A DNA stretch of 64,000 nucleotides from Smithellaceae bacterium (GCA_963667845.2 CAXXVL010000002.1:2560001-2624000), one strand, 5' to 3'. Positions 28,853 through 39,354 are shown, counted from the stretch's first letter. Notes: generated from the sequence alone by a model not told the origin. Numbers and translations are program-made.

Positions 28853-30778
28853 TCATAATATTCTTCCGATTGCCGCGCCTTCCCAAATGGCGTCCAGCGC
28901 TTTTCCGGATTCCCTGGCATCGCCGATCACGTGGCAGCGGCGTCCTGCCTCTTTCAATGCCTGTTCAACGGAATGATCCGGCTTCACACCGACTGCGACG
29001 ACCACGGAATCGATACCGCCAATTTCTTGCGACTCGCCATTGACATCGACGATGACACTGCCATTTTTGATCTCGATGCATTTGGTATTCACCAGGACGG
29101 GAATATGATGATCTTTCAGAAACCGGAGGGCCTGCGGTTTGCGGGTCAGTCCCAATCCGTTGGCAACTTTTTTAAGTAATTCGATAACGACGACTTTTTT
29201 CCCCTGCATGCTGAGATATTCGACGGTTTCCATACCGACGAGCCCTCCGCCCAGCACTGCCACGGAATCACCGGTCGATGCCCGGCCCTCCAGAACATCC
29301 TGGGCATAAACGACATGGGGCTTCTCAATTCCAGGGATATCCGGGCGAACAGGATCAGAGCCGGTCGCCACAATGATTTCATCCGGATTCAACTTAGCCA
29401 AAATTTCTTTTGTAAATGCCGTGTTCAATCTAATTTCGACGCCCTGGCGTTTGGCTATCCGCCCCATCTGCAAGGCGGCCTCGGCCATTGCTTTTTTCAT
29501 GGGCGCCGCTCCCGCGAGGAAGAACTGACCTCCCAGGCGAGAGGCTTTCTCGATGAGAACCACCCGGTGTCCTCTTTTTTGCAGCGTCGTCGCCGCTTCC
29601 AGACCGCCCGGTCCGCCTCCCACCACCAGGATTATTTTCTTTTGTTCGGCCGACTTCAATTCGCACGCTTTCTCCTGCCCCGTAGCCGGGTTTCTAAGAC
29701 AGCGGATGGGAAGGCCCTGCATAAAGAGGCGGTCCACACATCCCTGGTTGCATCCAATGCACTTCAGGATCGAATCGAAATCCCCGGCCTGAGCCTTTTT
29801 GCAGAATTCGGGATCGGCGAGATGTCCTCTGCCAACGGCAACAAAATCGGCCTTGCCCTCTCCAAGGATTCGGTCGGCGACAACCGGATCGTTAATGCGA
29901 ATGGCGGCGATGACGGGGATAGACGCCACCGATTTTACGGCTGCGACGTTTTCCAGATAAGGAACCTCCGGCATATCCAGGGGAGGGATGATCCAGGGGA
30001 GGGATCCATAGACGCCGGCAGAAACATGAACGGCATCAACGCCTGCGTCTTCAATCAGCTTAACAATTCTTTTGGCGTCCTCGGCGGTCAGCCCGTTTTC
30101 AACGTATTCATCGGCGCTGAGTCTGTACAAGACAGGGAAGTCCCGCCCGACTTTTCCACGAATGTTTCTGATGATTTCCAGGGCGAAGCGAGCCCGTTTT
30201 TCAAGCGGGCCGCCATATTCATCCTGTCGATGATTGGAATAGGCGCTCATGAACTGGTCAATCAGGTATCCATGGGCGCCATGGATTTCGACGGCGTCGA
30301 AACCGGCCTTTTTCGCCCGCACGGCCGCGTCGCCAAAAGCGTCGATGAGTTCGCCGATTTGAGCGGTGCTGAGTTCAACGGGCACTTCCCTGCAAACAGG
30401 ACAGGGAAGGGGGGACGGGGCGACAATCGGCAAACCCGTATCGCGGCTGTTAATCTGGCGTCCCGCGTGCCACAATTGAATGCAGGCCTTTCCGCCTGCG
30501 GTTTTGATCGTCGAGGCCAGGGATTTTAATCCGGGTAGAAACGAATCATCGCAGATACCAATGTTTCGCGGTCCCAGCGTTGACCGATGAACGGCGGAAA
30601 CTTCCACGATATTCATCGCGCATCCGCCTTTTGCCCTGGCTTCGTGATAGGCAATGAGTGCCTCGGAGACAAATCCGCCCTCGTCGGCCAGCAGGGTTCC
30701 CATAGGCGGCATGATCACCCTGTTTTTTAAAGTCAGAGAACCGATTTTTGCTTCCTTAAATAGATGATTAAGCGACAT
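28853..30778 (-). CDS. NADH:flavin oxidoreductase, Old Yellow Enzyme family (BaiCD/BaiH-like architecture)
   Basis: QLWHAGR, EIHGAHGYLI.QF.S, CIGCNQGC, GGGPGG, GGGLVG. Confidence 0.9.
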   Translation of the reverse strand: MSLNHLFKEAKIGSLTLKNRVIMPPMGTLLADEGGFVSEALIAYHEARAKGGCAMNIVEVSAVHRSTLGPRNIGICDDSFLPGLKSLASTIKTAGGKACIQLWHAGRQINSRDTGLPIVAPSPLPCPVCREVPVELSTAQIGELIDAFGDAAVRAKKAGFDAVEIHGAHGYLIDQFMSAYSNHRQDEYGGPLEKRARFALEIIRNIRGKVGRDFPVLYRLSADEYVENGLTAEDAKRIVKLIEDAGVDAVHVSAGVYGSLPWIIPPLDMPEVPYLENVAAVKSVASIPVIAAIRINDPVVADRILGEGKADFVAVGRGHLADPEFCKKAQAGDFDSILKCIGCNQGCVDRLFMQGLPIRCLRNPATGQEKACELKSAEQKKIILVVGGGPGGLEAATTLQKRGHRVVLIEKASRLGGQFFLAGAAPMKKAMAEAALQMGRIAKRQGVEIRLNTAFTKEILAKLNPDEIIVATGSDPVRPDIPGIEKPHVVYAQDVLEGRASTGDSVAVLGGGLVGMETVEYLSMQGKKVVVIELLKKVANGLGLTRKPQALRFLKDHHIPVLVNTKCIEIKNGSVIVDVNGESQEIGGIDSVVVAVGVKPDHSVEQALKEAGRRCHVIGDARESGKALDAIWEGAAIGRIL

Positions 30779-30830
30779 ACTAACACTCCCGGATGATGAT
30801 CTTAAAAAAAATAATTGACAAATTTCTGAT

Positions 30831-31805
30831 CTATTTCGCGCTTTCGTTTTTCAGGAATTCCAGGATCAACTGATTGACTTCCTCGGGCCGCTCCTGGTTG
30901 ATCCAATGGCCCACACCGGGCAGGATAACCTTCTTCTTCAGGTTCGGAATAACCTTCTCCTGGGTATCAACGGCTTTTTTATACATCCTGATGACCGGGT
31001 CCGCATCCCCTGCTACGAACAGCGTCGGCTGAAGAATTCTGGCGCCGTCCAGAAACGGGGTTTCCCGCCAGTTGAAATCGATGTTGCGGTACCAGTTGAG
31101 CCCGCCTCTGAAACCGGACCTGGCGAACTCCTGACCAAAATAATCAATGTCGGACTGGGTCAGCCATTCAGGAATCCGGTCCGGATAGGCGAAATTCTGC
31201 AAAAGGGTTTCGCCTTTTTTATAGACATAATTCCAGCGCTTCTCCGGCGGCGGAGAGCCGGAATTGGAATAGAGCATCGCCCCCATCGACCGTCGCGCAT
31301 CCGTTTCCAGATCGGCCTCGGCTTTACCGGGTTCCTGGAAATAGACCTGATAAAAGATATCTTCTCCATACATTTTCTTCATGATTTGAATGGGAGGTGT
31401 GGTCCCCCGCACACGCATCAGATATGGAACGCTCAACAAGACAACCGCTTTGAAGAGATCGGGCCGAAGGACGGCACAATACTGGGTGACGACGGATCCC
31501 CAGTCGTGACCGATGATGAACGCCCGGGGCTCGCCCAATGCATTGACCAGGCCGATAATATCTCCGGTGAGCTGAAAAATGTTATAATCGCTGATCGCTT
31601 TCGGGCGATCCGTCTGGCCGTAACCCCGCTGGTCCGGGGCAACGGCGTGAAAACCAGCTTCAGCCAGAGCCGTGAACTGGTGACGCCACGTGTACCACAA
31701 CTCCGGAAATCCGTGCAACATCAGGACCAGCGGGCCTTCTCCCGCTTCGGCGATATGCATCCGGATTCCGTTTGTTTCTATTGTTCGATGTTTAATCTCG
31801 ACCAT
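30831..31805 (-). CDS. Alpha/beta hydrolase, epoxide hydrolase (EphA-like)
   Basis: HGFPE, PDQRGYG, GHDWG nucleophile, LNWYRN, GHW.NQE. Confidence 0.9.
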   Translation of the reverse strand: MVEIKHRTIETNGIRMHIAEAGEGPLVLMLHGFPELWYTWRHQFTALAEAGFHAVAPDQRGYGQTDRPKAISDYNIFQLTGDIIGLVNALGEPRAFIIGHDWGSVVTQYCAVLRPDLFKAVVLLSVPYLMRVRGTTPPIQIMKKMYGEDIFYQVYFQEPGKAEADLETDARRSMGAMLYSNSGSPPPEKRWNYVYKKGETLLQNFAYPDRIPEWLTQSDIDYFGQEFARSGFRGGLNWYRNIDFNWRETPFLDGARILQPTLFVAGDADPVIRMYKKAVDTQEKVIPNLKKKVILPGVGHWINQERPEEVNQLILEFLKNESAK

Positions 31806-31861
31806 TTAATGCCTCCTTGGGGATGTCATGTTAATTGTGGATGGAATAGAAATTCCATCTC

Positions 31862-32005
31862 TCATCTGTGAACCATGCAGCAGAGTTTCAACACTTCGCT
31901 GATTTTGTCCGGAGTAACGTCCCGCTTTTCACCGAAGCGAACCATGCCATATTCTTTCAACTGTTCCGGAAGGACGGGCAGGCAGTCGTCCTTGATGCAG
32001 TGGAT
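31862..32005 (-). pseudogene. Possible C-terminal remnant of an iron-containing alcohol dehydrogenase (YqhD/Bdh-like)
   Basis: Open frame IKDDCLPVLPEQLKEYGMVRFGEKRDVTPDKISEVLKLC resembles Fe-ADH C-termini; no start. Confidence 0.4.
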
Positions 32006-33813
32006 CAGGATGATTTCATCCTGGTGTCTTCGACCGGGTAGATGTTTTGGGCGATCTCCTCAGTCAGATAGGCCCGCAACGCTTCCGGGGTAATGCCCAT
32101 CGCTTCCGCCTGGATGTGGCCATAGCTTTTTTCCTTGGCATTCCTTAAAATCCTGTAGGTCGTTTCAATGCCGGCGCCATTTTGTTTCACTTCAGCGCCG
32201 AGGCTGACAGCTCCCGGCAGTTCGCCCGCTTCGACCATATCGGCAATCTCGTGCTTGTGTGTCGTAAAATAAGCCGTCACGCCTTTTTGACTTAAATACT
32301 CCAGGACGATCTTCGTTCTTTTGACCGACTCCTCGTGATCGGTTCCATTGGCAAATTCGTCGAAAAAAACCACGGAATAAGGAGTCATCCTGGGTTGTCC
32401 GGCCGATGGCCGGGAAAACTGCGACATTCTTTTGAGCTCCGTCAGATATAATCCCGTGCCTTCCGCCGTGTTATCTTCGGTGTTGAAGGATGTGAAGATC
32501 GCATCGATGAGGCTCAATTCGGCACTCTGGCAGGGCAGCCCCATACCCAGATGCGCGAGCCAATACATCTGTCCTACCTGTCTGATGTAGGTCGTTTTCC
32601 CGCCGTTATTGGGTCCGGTGATAACGAACAGATTATGATCCCTGTCCGATGCGATATCGTTGCGGATGATCGGATCATGCGCCTGTCTTTTCATCAGCGA
32701 CGTATTGCAGGAACCGGAAATGGAAGTTCGGATTTCCCTTTTCTCCAGGATGGCAGGTGTTGTCACCGTAAAACCATCCGCCGTCCATTTCCTCTGCACG
32801 GCCGCGGCTCCGAGATAGAAACCCAGCTCCGGCGACAGATCGCCAATCTCCAGTTTCGGAATCCGCGAGTAAATAGCTTCGTTGACCAGCGATAGCCAGT
32901 ATTCGATCAAATCCCCGTATCGCCTGCGTTCATCTTTTCCCCACTTTTCCAGTTTTATCCCGCTCAGATTAAAGCCGAACATTTCCTTGTGCCAGGTGTC
33001 CAGCCTGGATTTCATGGTCTGGAGCAGATGGAGCGCTCTGGCCTCATCATTGATGAATTGCCGGAAAGGCTCTTCCGTGAGCATTTTCTCGGTGGCTTCA
33101 ATAAGGACGCGATTGCCCCGGTAAAATTCCCGTCTCGATCCCACGGAGCTGATGGAATTCAGGTAATGCATGTTGTCATCAATTGCGCCGCCCAATCCAT
33201 AAGGAAGATAGACCTCCCGTATAAATTTTTCGGCTTCACGAAATTTATCATCAGCGTCGAATCGGGCGCCCAAATCCTTGATGCGTTTCAGCCGCTTTGC
33301 AGTGGGTTCGCGCATGCTGCGGATGCTGAGGATGAACTGGGTGATATTGGATGCGTCCTGGAGAGCCTTGAGGCCATTGACGGTGCTGCCGAATCTGTCA
33401 TCATAAAGGCAGGTATCCAGGCCGGCTTTAACGGCCAGGATCTGATGCCATAATTCTTCGTCGCCCTGCAGTTCTGAAATAGCCTCCTGTCTTTCCAATA
33501 TCTCAGCGCGGTCGCTGACGGGATTGTGAAAGACGTCGTCGATGTATTCTTTGTCGCTCACCTTGCTTTTTTCATACTGCCGCGGAATTGCGGCAAAGAC
33601 CTGATCCAGAACGCCTCCGATGTCGAGGTCATGGAACGCCTCGCGATTGGATCGGACATACCGGCCGGCATTTTCTCCTGCCTGGTCAACGCCCCCCTGC
33701 TTTACGCAGGTCTCGCCCTTTTCCAGGGCATAAATATCCTGGCGGGGGCTGAACGCTTTGAGGTAGTCCACAATTCGATAGGCTGTTTTTTCCAATGCAA
33801 GTTTCAGGGTCAT
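32005..33813 (-). CDS. MutS-related protein (domain V ATPase only)
   Basis: VITGPNNGGKTT, Y.TELKR, FFDEFANGT, FTTH, SYG...AE.MGI. Confidence 0.85.
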   Translation of the reverse strand: MTLKLALEKTAYRIVDYLKAFSPRQDIYALEKGETCVKQGGVDQAGENAGRYVRSNREAFHDLDIGGVLDQVFAAIPRQYEKSKVSDKEYIDDVFHNPVSDRAEILERQEAISELQGDEELWHQILAVKAGLDTCLYDDRFGSTVNGLKALQDASNITQFILSIRSMREPTAKRLKRIKDLGARFDADDKFREAEKFIREVYLPYGLGGAIDDNMHYLNSISSVGSRREFYRGNRVLIEATEKMLTEEPFRQFINDEARALHLLQTMKSRLDTWHKEMFGFNLSGIKLEKWGKDERRRYGDLIEYWLSLVNEAIYSRIPKLEIGDLSPELGFYLGAAAVQRKWTADGFTVTTPAILEKREIRTSISGSCNTSLMKRQAHDPIIRNDIASDRDHNLFVITGPNNGGKTTYIRQVGQMYWLAHLGMGLPCQSAELSLIDAIFTSFNTEDNTAEGTGLYLTELKRMSQFSRPSAGQPRMTPYSVVFFDEFANGTDHEESVKRTKIVLEYLSQKGVTAYFTTHKHEIADMVEAGELPGAVSLGAEVKQNGAGIETTYRILRNAKEKSYGHIQAEAMGITPEALRAYLTEEIAQNIYPVEDTRMKSS

Positions 33814-33904
33814 GATGCTTCACTCTTTAATTCCGCTGCTGCCGGACGAGAATTATTAACAGTTCAAAAAAAGTAACGACATTTGATCAGATTAAAATAT
33901 CATC

Positions 33905-33986
33905 GTCACCCCGGCGAATAACCTAAAGGTCACGAGTGCCGGGGTCCAGTTAAATAAGGCTGGATTCCCGCCTTCGCGGGAATGAC
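33905..33986. repeat. REP-like doublet (GTCAYYCCG..GAAGGCGGGRRTCCAG type) with loop insertion
   Basis: GTCACCCCGGCGAA[insert]GCCGGGGTCCAG ... CTGGATTCCCGCCTTCGCGGGAATGAC. Confidence 0.75.
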
Positions 33987-34055
33987 CTATGTTGATACTA
34001 TTATGAAGCCATTAATATTCTCCGTAGCTTGCTGCTAGGGGGTTGAACAGGGATG

Positions 34056-34628
34056 CTATTTCACCAATTCAGCCCCCGAGGCGTAAGCTTTGTCCATAAT
34101 GGCTTGGCTGCCTTTTGCCGAATCCAGATTCGACATTCCTCCCGCAGCAATGCGGCCCTCAACCTTGAAGCCCAGGAAAGCGAGGACACCTTCATGGAGA
34201 TCAAAAGACGAAGCAAACAAGCTGGTTTCCGGCTGTCCCTGCGAATAGACGGTTATGGCTTTCTTCCCTCTGATCTTGTTTCGAAACGCTCCCGGCTGGC
34301 CGTCCTTGAGATACAGCAGGGCAAAAAGCCGGTCGATAAACGTCTTTGTTTGACCGGTTACCTGGAGCATGAAGACCGGTGTCCCGATCACGACGGCATC
34401 GGCGCTCACGATTTCATCATAAAGCGGCGTCATGCCGTCGACTTGGACGCACTTTCCTTCCGGAGTCTGGCATTTGTAGCAGGCCTGACATCCGCGGATG
34501 TTCAGCTCATTGAGATTAAATATTTTGGTTTCCGCACCGGCTTCGGATGCGCCCCGCAAGACTTCATTGACGATTGTGGTCGTATTACCCTTCTTTCGGG
34601 GGCTTCCGACAAATCCAACAACTTTCAT
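34056..34628 (-). CDS. Flavodoxin family / iron-sulfur flavoprotein (Isf-like)
   Basis: GSPRKKGNT, CQACYKC.....C, GTPVF. Confidence 0.88.
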   Translation of the reverse strand: MKVVGFVGSPRKKGNTTTIVNEVLRGASEAGAETKIFNLNELNIRGCQACYKCQTPEGKCVQVDGMTPLYDEIVSADAVVIGTPVFMLQVTGQTKTFIDRLFALLYLKDGQPGAFRNKIRGKKAITVYSQGQPETSLFASSFDLHEGVLAFLGFKVEGRIAAGGMSNLDSAKGSQAIMDKAYASGAELVK

Positions 34629-35728
34629 TATTTTTCTCCTTTTTTCATTTTAGCTGCGGCTTGTTTTTTGATGAGCTCCCGGAAACTTTTGGGAGGTTCG
34701 ACAAAATCGGCGCGTGACGCGAGGCTTAAAGCCTCCGTAGGGCAGTGGTAAACGCAAACACCGCATCCGATGCATCGCTCGAGTTTTACCTGAGCGATGT
34801 TATCCTCAATCGTAATGGCGTCCATCTGGCATCTGTCCACGCATTCTTCACAGCCGGTGCAGGCCTCCGCATCAACGACCGCTTCAAAATTGCTGGAGAC
34901 GCTTCGGACGGGGTCGCCGAAGCGATAGACGCCCTGCAGAATCCCGCAGCAGCAGGTGCAGCAGTTGCAGATAAAGTCGATGCGTTCCTGCGTGTTGCTG
35001 GAGGTATGGATCAGGCCGGCCTCGGCGCTCTTTTTCAAAATCTCCAGGGCTTCTTCTTTGCTGATCTCGCGGCCAAACCCGCGTTCCTTGACGAATTCCG
35101 CGAAAGGTCCGAGCTGAAGACAGACTTCATCGGGATATTTGCAGCCCTTATCCAATAGTCGTTTTTCATGGCGGCAATAACAGATGGAAACGGTGATCGG
35201 TGAATTCTCTGCGATGTACTTGCTGGCAACTTCGAAGGGGAAAACATGGGTTGTCGCCGTCAGGGTCTTCTCGATCGGAATGACGCGCGCCATGTGGATC
35301 GCCGCCTCGTCGGCAAAAGGAGATTTGGCGTCTTTCTGCGGTACGCTGGCATGAAAATAGGCATCGAACAGCCGGGCCAGTTCTTTGGCGCGCTCGGTCA
35401 CTTCGCCTTTCATGAATTGCAGCTCGAAGATGCCGGGGACAAGCTGCAGGAGCTTGTACCATTTTTCACCGTCGCGTGTGCTGGAATAAATTAATCCCTT
35501 ATCGGCCATCTCGTCGAGCATCCGCGCCACATGAACTGCATCCAAACCGAGCCGGCCGGCCAGGTTGCCGGGAGATTCCGGAGCCATCGGCGAGAGGTTG
35601 ACCGCCAGGTGCGCCTCTTCCTGCGTGAAGAGGGACTTGAGTAATGCCTCGAGTTCCGGGCTTCTGCGGCTGCCATACCCGATGAGATTGAAAATATCCG
35701 CCAGTTGATCAAACAATTTATCTGCCAT
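34628..35728 (-). CDS. 4Fe-4S binding protein with N-terminal wHTH-like region
   Basis: CYCR, ICNCCTCCC, two CxxCxxCxxxC ferredoxin motifs. Confidence 0.85.
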   Translation of the reverse strand: MADKLFDQLADIFNLIGYGSRRSPELEALLKSLFTQEEAHLAVNLSPMAPESPGNLAGRLGLDAVHVARMLDEMADKGLIYSSTRDGEKWYKLLQLVPGIFELQFMKGEVTERAKELARLFDAYFHASVPQKDAKSPFADEAAIHMARVIPIEKTLTATTHVFPFEVASKYIAENSPITVSICYCRHEKRLLDKGCKYPDEVCLQLGPFAEFVKERGFGREISKEEALEILKKSAEAGLIHTSSNTQERIDFICNCCTCCCGILQGVYRFGDPVRSVSSNFEAVVDAEACTGCEECVDRCQMDAITIEDNIAQVKLERCIGCGVCVYHCPTEALSLASRADFVEPPKSFRELIKKQAAAKMKKGEK

Positions 35729-35857
35729 GAAAATCCTTTCTTCAGTTACTTGCGTTTTCTTCCGTGTCAAATAGCTTCCACCCGGCAGGGCACGTACCAC
35801 TCGCGGGTGGCGAGAGTGGCACAAAGTTCACGAGTACCCGCTGCAATTACAGGCCCT

Positions 35858-38092
35858 CTATAACGCCTCAACTCTACAGGGCACGAACCGATGAATCGGC
35901 GTGCCGAACTGGTCGCGGTGCGTGTTCTTGGTCAGACGGTTCACATTGGCGCCGTACTTGACGCCGTTATACACGATGCCGAAGCCGTGCGGAATCACCA
36001 CATGTCCCTTGCGAGCGGTATCCGTGATTTCCAGTTCGATCTCTTCGCTGCCGGCTTCCGTTGTCACTTTAACCTGCTGACCATCTTTAAAATTCAGGGC
36101 TGCCGCATCGTCCGGATGCATGGCCAGCGTGCAGGCGCGTTTGCCTTCGTTCCAGGCGGGATCGCGCATGAGCGTGTTGGCGTTGGTAGAGATATGCCGG
36201 CCCGCCATCAGAATGAGCGGAAATTCGGAAGGCATGACCAGCGCCGCTTCTTCCTTGTTTGCATCGATGCTTTGCAGTTCATCCAGCAGCTCCGGTATGA
36301 GCAGGTTGATCTTGCCGTCCGGGGTTTTGATTTCTTCAAGATTCTTTTCCGGATCGACCTTTCCTACCCACAGGCCTTCAGGATGATCCATAATCTCTCG
36401 GAAGAGTTCTTCGCTAAACGTCGGACCCGCCTGAAAGCCCGCGCGGACGGCATTTTGGGAGAGCGATTTGGGGGCGGCGAGCAGCATTCCCCATAGCGCC
36501 GCGAGATGCACCGATCCCATCGCCTTGCCCAGGGTCTTTCCGAGAATAAACGGCATAGCTCTCATGGCTTTCGGTTCGGTCATGGCGTATTCCATCAGGG
36601 CCTTGGCAAAGACTTCATGGCTCTCGAAGGCCGCCTGGTATAGACTTTCGGGAATAGGCGGAATCAAGCCCAGTTTGTCGGCCAGGCGTAAATCGATTTC
36701 GCCCTGTTCGAGCTGTTCTCCGTCCGGGACGATAATCGGCCGGCGCATCTGGAAGTATATGCCGGGATAGGTCATCGGGAAGAAAGTGCCGTCCCACGAT
36801 TCATAGCCGGTGCGCGACGGCAGCACGTAGTGGGAGAGCGCGGCCGTCTCCGTCATGGCGAGTTCCGCCGTTACCAGCAGGTCCAGGCGCTGGAATGCTT
36901 TTTCATAGGCGGTGGTGTCGGCATAAGAGCGCAGGGGATTCAAGCCGCTCACGAAAACCGCCCGCAGCCTCTCGGGATGATCGGAGAGAATTTCTTCCGG
37001 CATGACATTGGGCGGGAAGATGCCGCAAACCGGGAAGGAATTGGTCGTCATCGTGCTCCAGACTTTGGGGTCCCGTTCATCCGAATGCGATCCGATAGGC
37101 ATCATATGCCCCGGGATAATATTGCCGCCCGGAACGCAAAGCCTTCCACAGATCGACTGAAGGATGACGATCAGATAAGAGTTCAAGCCACTGTGGCGCC
37201 CCATGAAAATTCCCAGATCGTAGCGCAGGGATGATTTGCGTGTGGCATAGAGCTTCGCGACTTCGCGGACCTGGTCAAAATTCAACTCACACGTTTTCAG
37301 GGCGGAGCGAACATCGAAATTTTCAAAATAGGATTTCACCTGATCAAAACCGGATGTATGATTTTGCAGGTAGGATTTGTTTTCCCAGCCCTCTTTAAGA
37401 ATGATGGCAATCATCGCTTTGAGCAGCAGGGCATCCGTGCCGGGACGGATCTGCAAGTGAATATCGGCAAGCTTTGCGGTTTCCGACACGCGCGGATCAA
37501 CCACGATCAGCATCTTGTCCTTGTCTTTGGACAGCCGCTGGAGCTGGCGCGGGGCCTGGGGAATCTGATGGCTCTGCATGCCGTTCCAGCCGAGTATCAG
37601 CAGAACATCCGTATTGTTCGTGTCCGGTCCGTCATGCAGGTATTGCTTGCCGTGCGTCCGGCCGCACACCCAGAAGGCGCCCGCAAATTCCTGGGCGAGC
37701 GCGCTGTATTGATACTGAGAACCGAGTCCCCGCATCAGGCGCGCGCCGAAAGCCGCTTCAAAATGACAGCCCTGTCCGCCGCCGCCCATGTAAGCAAAGG
37801 AGCGCGGGCCGTGTTCATCAATAATGCCCTTCAGTTTAGCCGCGATTTCATCGATGGCCTGATCCCAGGAAATCCTTTCGAATTTATCGCCGACTTTTTT
37901 CAGGGGGTATTTCAGGCGGTCGGCGTTGTGCTGGTGATGGGCGACATTTAATCCCTTGCGGCAGATGTAGCCTTCGCTCTTGGCGTTTAGCTTGTCCGCT
38001 TTTACTTTGACGATGCGGTTATTCTCCACCTCGACTTCCAGACCGCAGTTTTGCGCGCAGAGGACACAGCCGGTTTTATGAATCGTTCCCAT
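35858..38092 (-). CDS. Molybdopterin-dependent oxidoreductase
   Basis: CVLCAQNC...CRKG Fe-S motif, RLKYPLK, RISWDQA, VVDPR.SETA, RPGTD, C-terminal MHPDDA..GHVVIPHG. Confidence 0.9.
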   Translation of the reverse strand: MGTIHKTGCVLCAQNCGLEVEVENNRIVKVKADKLNAKSEGYICRKGLNVAHHQHNADRLKYPLKKVGDKFERISWDQAIDEIAAKLKGIIDEHGPRSFAYMGGGGQGCHFEAAFGARLMRGLGSQYQYSALAQEFAGAFWVCGRTHGKQYLHDGPDTNNTDVLLILGWNGMQSHQIPQAPRQLQRLSKDKDKMLIVVDPRVSETAKLADIHLQIRPGTDALLLKAMIAIILKEGWENKSYLQNHTSGFDQVKSYFENFDVRSALKTCELNFDQVREVAKLYATRKSSLRYDLGIFMGRHSGLNSYLIVILQSICGRLCVPGGNIIPGHMMPIGSHSDERDPKVWSTMTTNSFPVCGIFPPNVMPEEILSDHPERLRAVFVSGLNPLRSYADTTAYEKAFQRLDLLVTAELAMTETAALSHYVLPSRTGYESWDGTFFPMTYPGIYFQMRRPIIVPDGEQLEQGEIDLRLADKLGLIPPIPESLYQAAFESHEVFAKALMEYAMTEPKAMRAMPFILGKTLGKAMGSVHLAALWGMLLAAPKSLSQNAVRAGFQAGPTFSEELFREIMDHPEGLWVGKVDPEKNLEEIKTPDGKINLLIPELLDELQSIDANKEEAALVMPSEFPLILMAGRHISTNANTLMRDPAWNEGKRACTLAMHPDDAAALNFKDGQQVKVTTEAGSEEIELEITDTARKGHVVIPHGFGIVYNGVKYGANVNRLTKNTHRDQFGTPIHRFVPCRVEAL

Positions 38093-38141
38093 AGTTGCTC
38101 CTTTTCTCCGGCCACTCCCGCCGGATGTCGTTATTGCGTTC

Positions 38142-38567
38142 TTAAGCGTGCGGGACGGAAAGACGCAGGGTTTGAATGATGCCGTGCAGATCACGCCTTT
38201 GTTCTTCGGTTAAAACCTGCAGAAACTCGATATTGGCGGCGGCGATGACCCGGGTAGCTTCTCCGGCCATGGCCTTGCCTTTTTTCGTCAGGTGAATGCT
38301 GATGGAGCGGCGATCGTCGGGATTGCCCTTGCGTTCGATGAATCCCGCGGTTTCCAGGCGGTCCAGGATGCCTGTGAGGGTCGCGCTGTCCAGTTCCGCT
38401 CTTTTGCCCAGTTCAGAAGAAGAGATCTGATCTTCCTGGTCGAGAAAACCCAGGATCATGGCCTGGACGGAGGTGAGGTTGAGTTCGGAAACCTTCTGAG
38501 AAAGAAAACGGCTGGAGAGCTGATAGGTCTTGGCAAACTGAAAGAAGATACAATCTGTTTCCTGCAT
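38142..38567 (-). CDS. MarR family transcriptional regulator
   Basis: LT..Q..IL, LDSATLTGILDRLE..GFIER...DDRR....LT.KG. Confidence 0.92.
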   Translation of the reverse strand: MQETDCIFFQFAKTYQLSSRFLSQKVSELNLTSVQAMILGFLDQEDQISSSELGKRAELDSATLTGILDRLETAGFIERKGNPDDRRSISIHLTKKGKAMAGEATRVIAAANIEFLQVLTEEQRRDLHGIIQTLRLSVPHA

Positions 38568-38921
38568 AAGAAGTGAAACTCCTTGTATGCGATTTACTTG
38601 TGTGCGAGCGTAATGGATTGCTAAATGTTTGTCAATGGATTTTCAAGCGGCGTTTTTCACCAGCAGTTCAGGCAAGTTGACTGCGATACAATTGCCGATT
38701 CCGGAGCTGTTGCCGGCGATGGGTGTCGGGAATAAAATACTAAGACCATGATATGCGCACGGCGTTAAAGGCGATTCCTGTTAAGTACATAATATAATAG
38801 ATAATGTGTCCTGATGCGACGTATACAAAATTCAACGTTGGCCGTGCTTAAGATTAGAGGCAGAGCCTGTCACTTGTTGATGTGGTATTTGATTACGGTG
38901 CTTTCGCGATCGCGGGGGCGA

Positions 38922-38993
38922 TTACACACTGCATCTGAAGAATGAAATTACAAAGGCTGTCATCATCGCTGCAAGCAAAATAATTTTAATCAT
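38922..38993 (-). CDS. Candidate 23-aa hydrophobic small protein
   Basis: MIKIILLAAMMTAFVISFFRCSV with AAGGAG RBS and upstream TTGACA-N18-TACAGT. Confidence 0.4.
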   Translation of the reverse strand: MIKIILLAAMMTAFVISFFRCSV

Positions 38994-39354
38994 AAATCCA
39001 CTCCTTTGTTTATTTGATTTTGGGGCAGAATGTCTGTTCGTTAAATGAACTGTAACAAAAACCGGTTGAGCATGTCAAGGCTATATCGGCGGATCGGCGG
39101 TTGTCAGGCGTATGTCGAAAACGCTTTTTATGGGCAATAATTCCTGCGCCGGAAGAGGCAGGAAACGGTCGACGTCCAAACAAGGAAAGTCAAAATAGGA
39201 CCAAGACGCCGCTCATCCTATTCGATGGGTTATCCGACCGGCGTACCGGCATCGATGCTCCTGTCATTTTACTTCGGGCTTGATTCACAGATCTGACCAC
39301 CGGGCACCGTCTTCAGGATGCCCCACATGAATGGCCTAAAGCGCGGACCTTCAC

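Noticed and set aside
28141..28920. 259-aa ORF as a real gene
   Set aside because: Chimeric read-through of repeat DNA into the transposase remnant.
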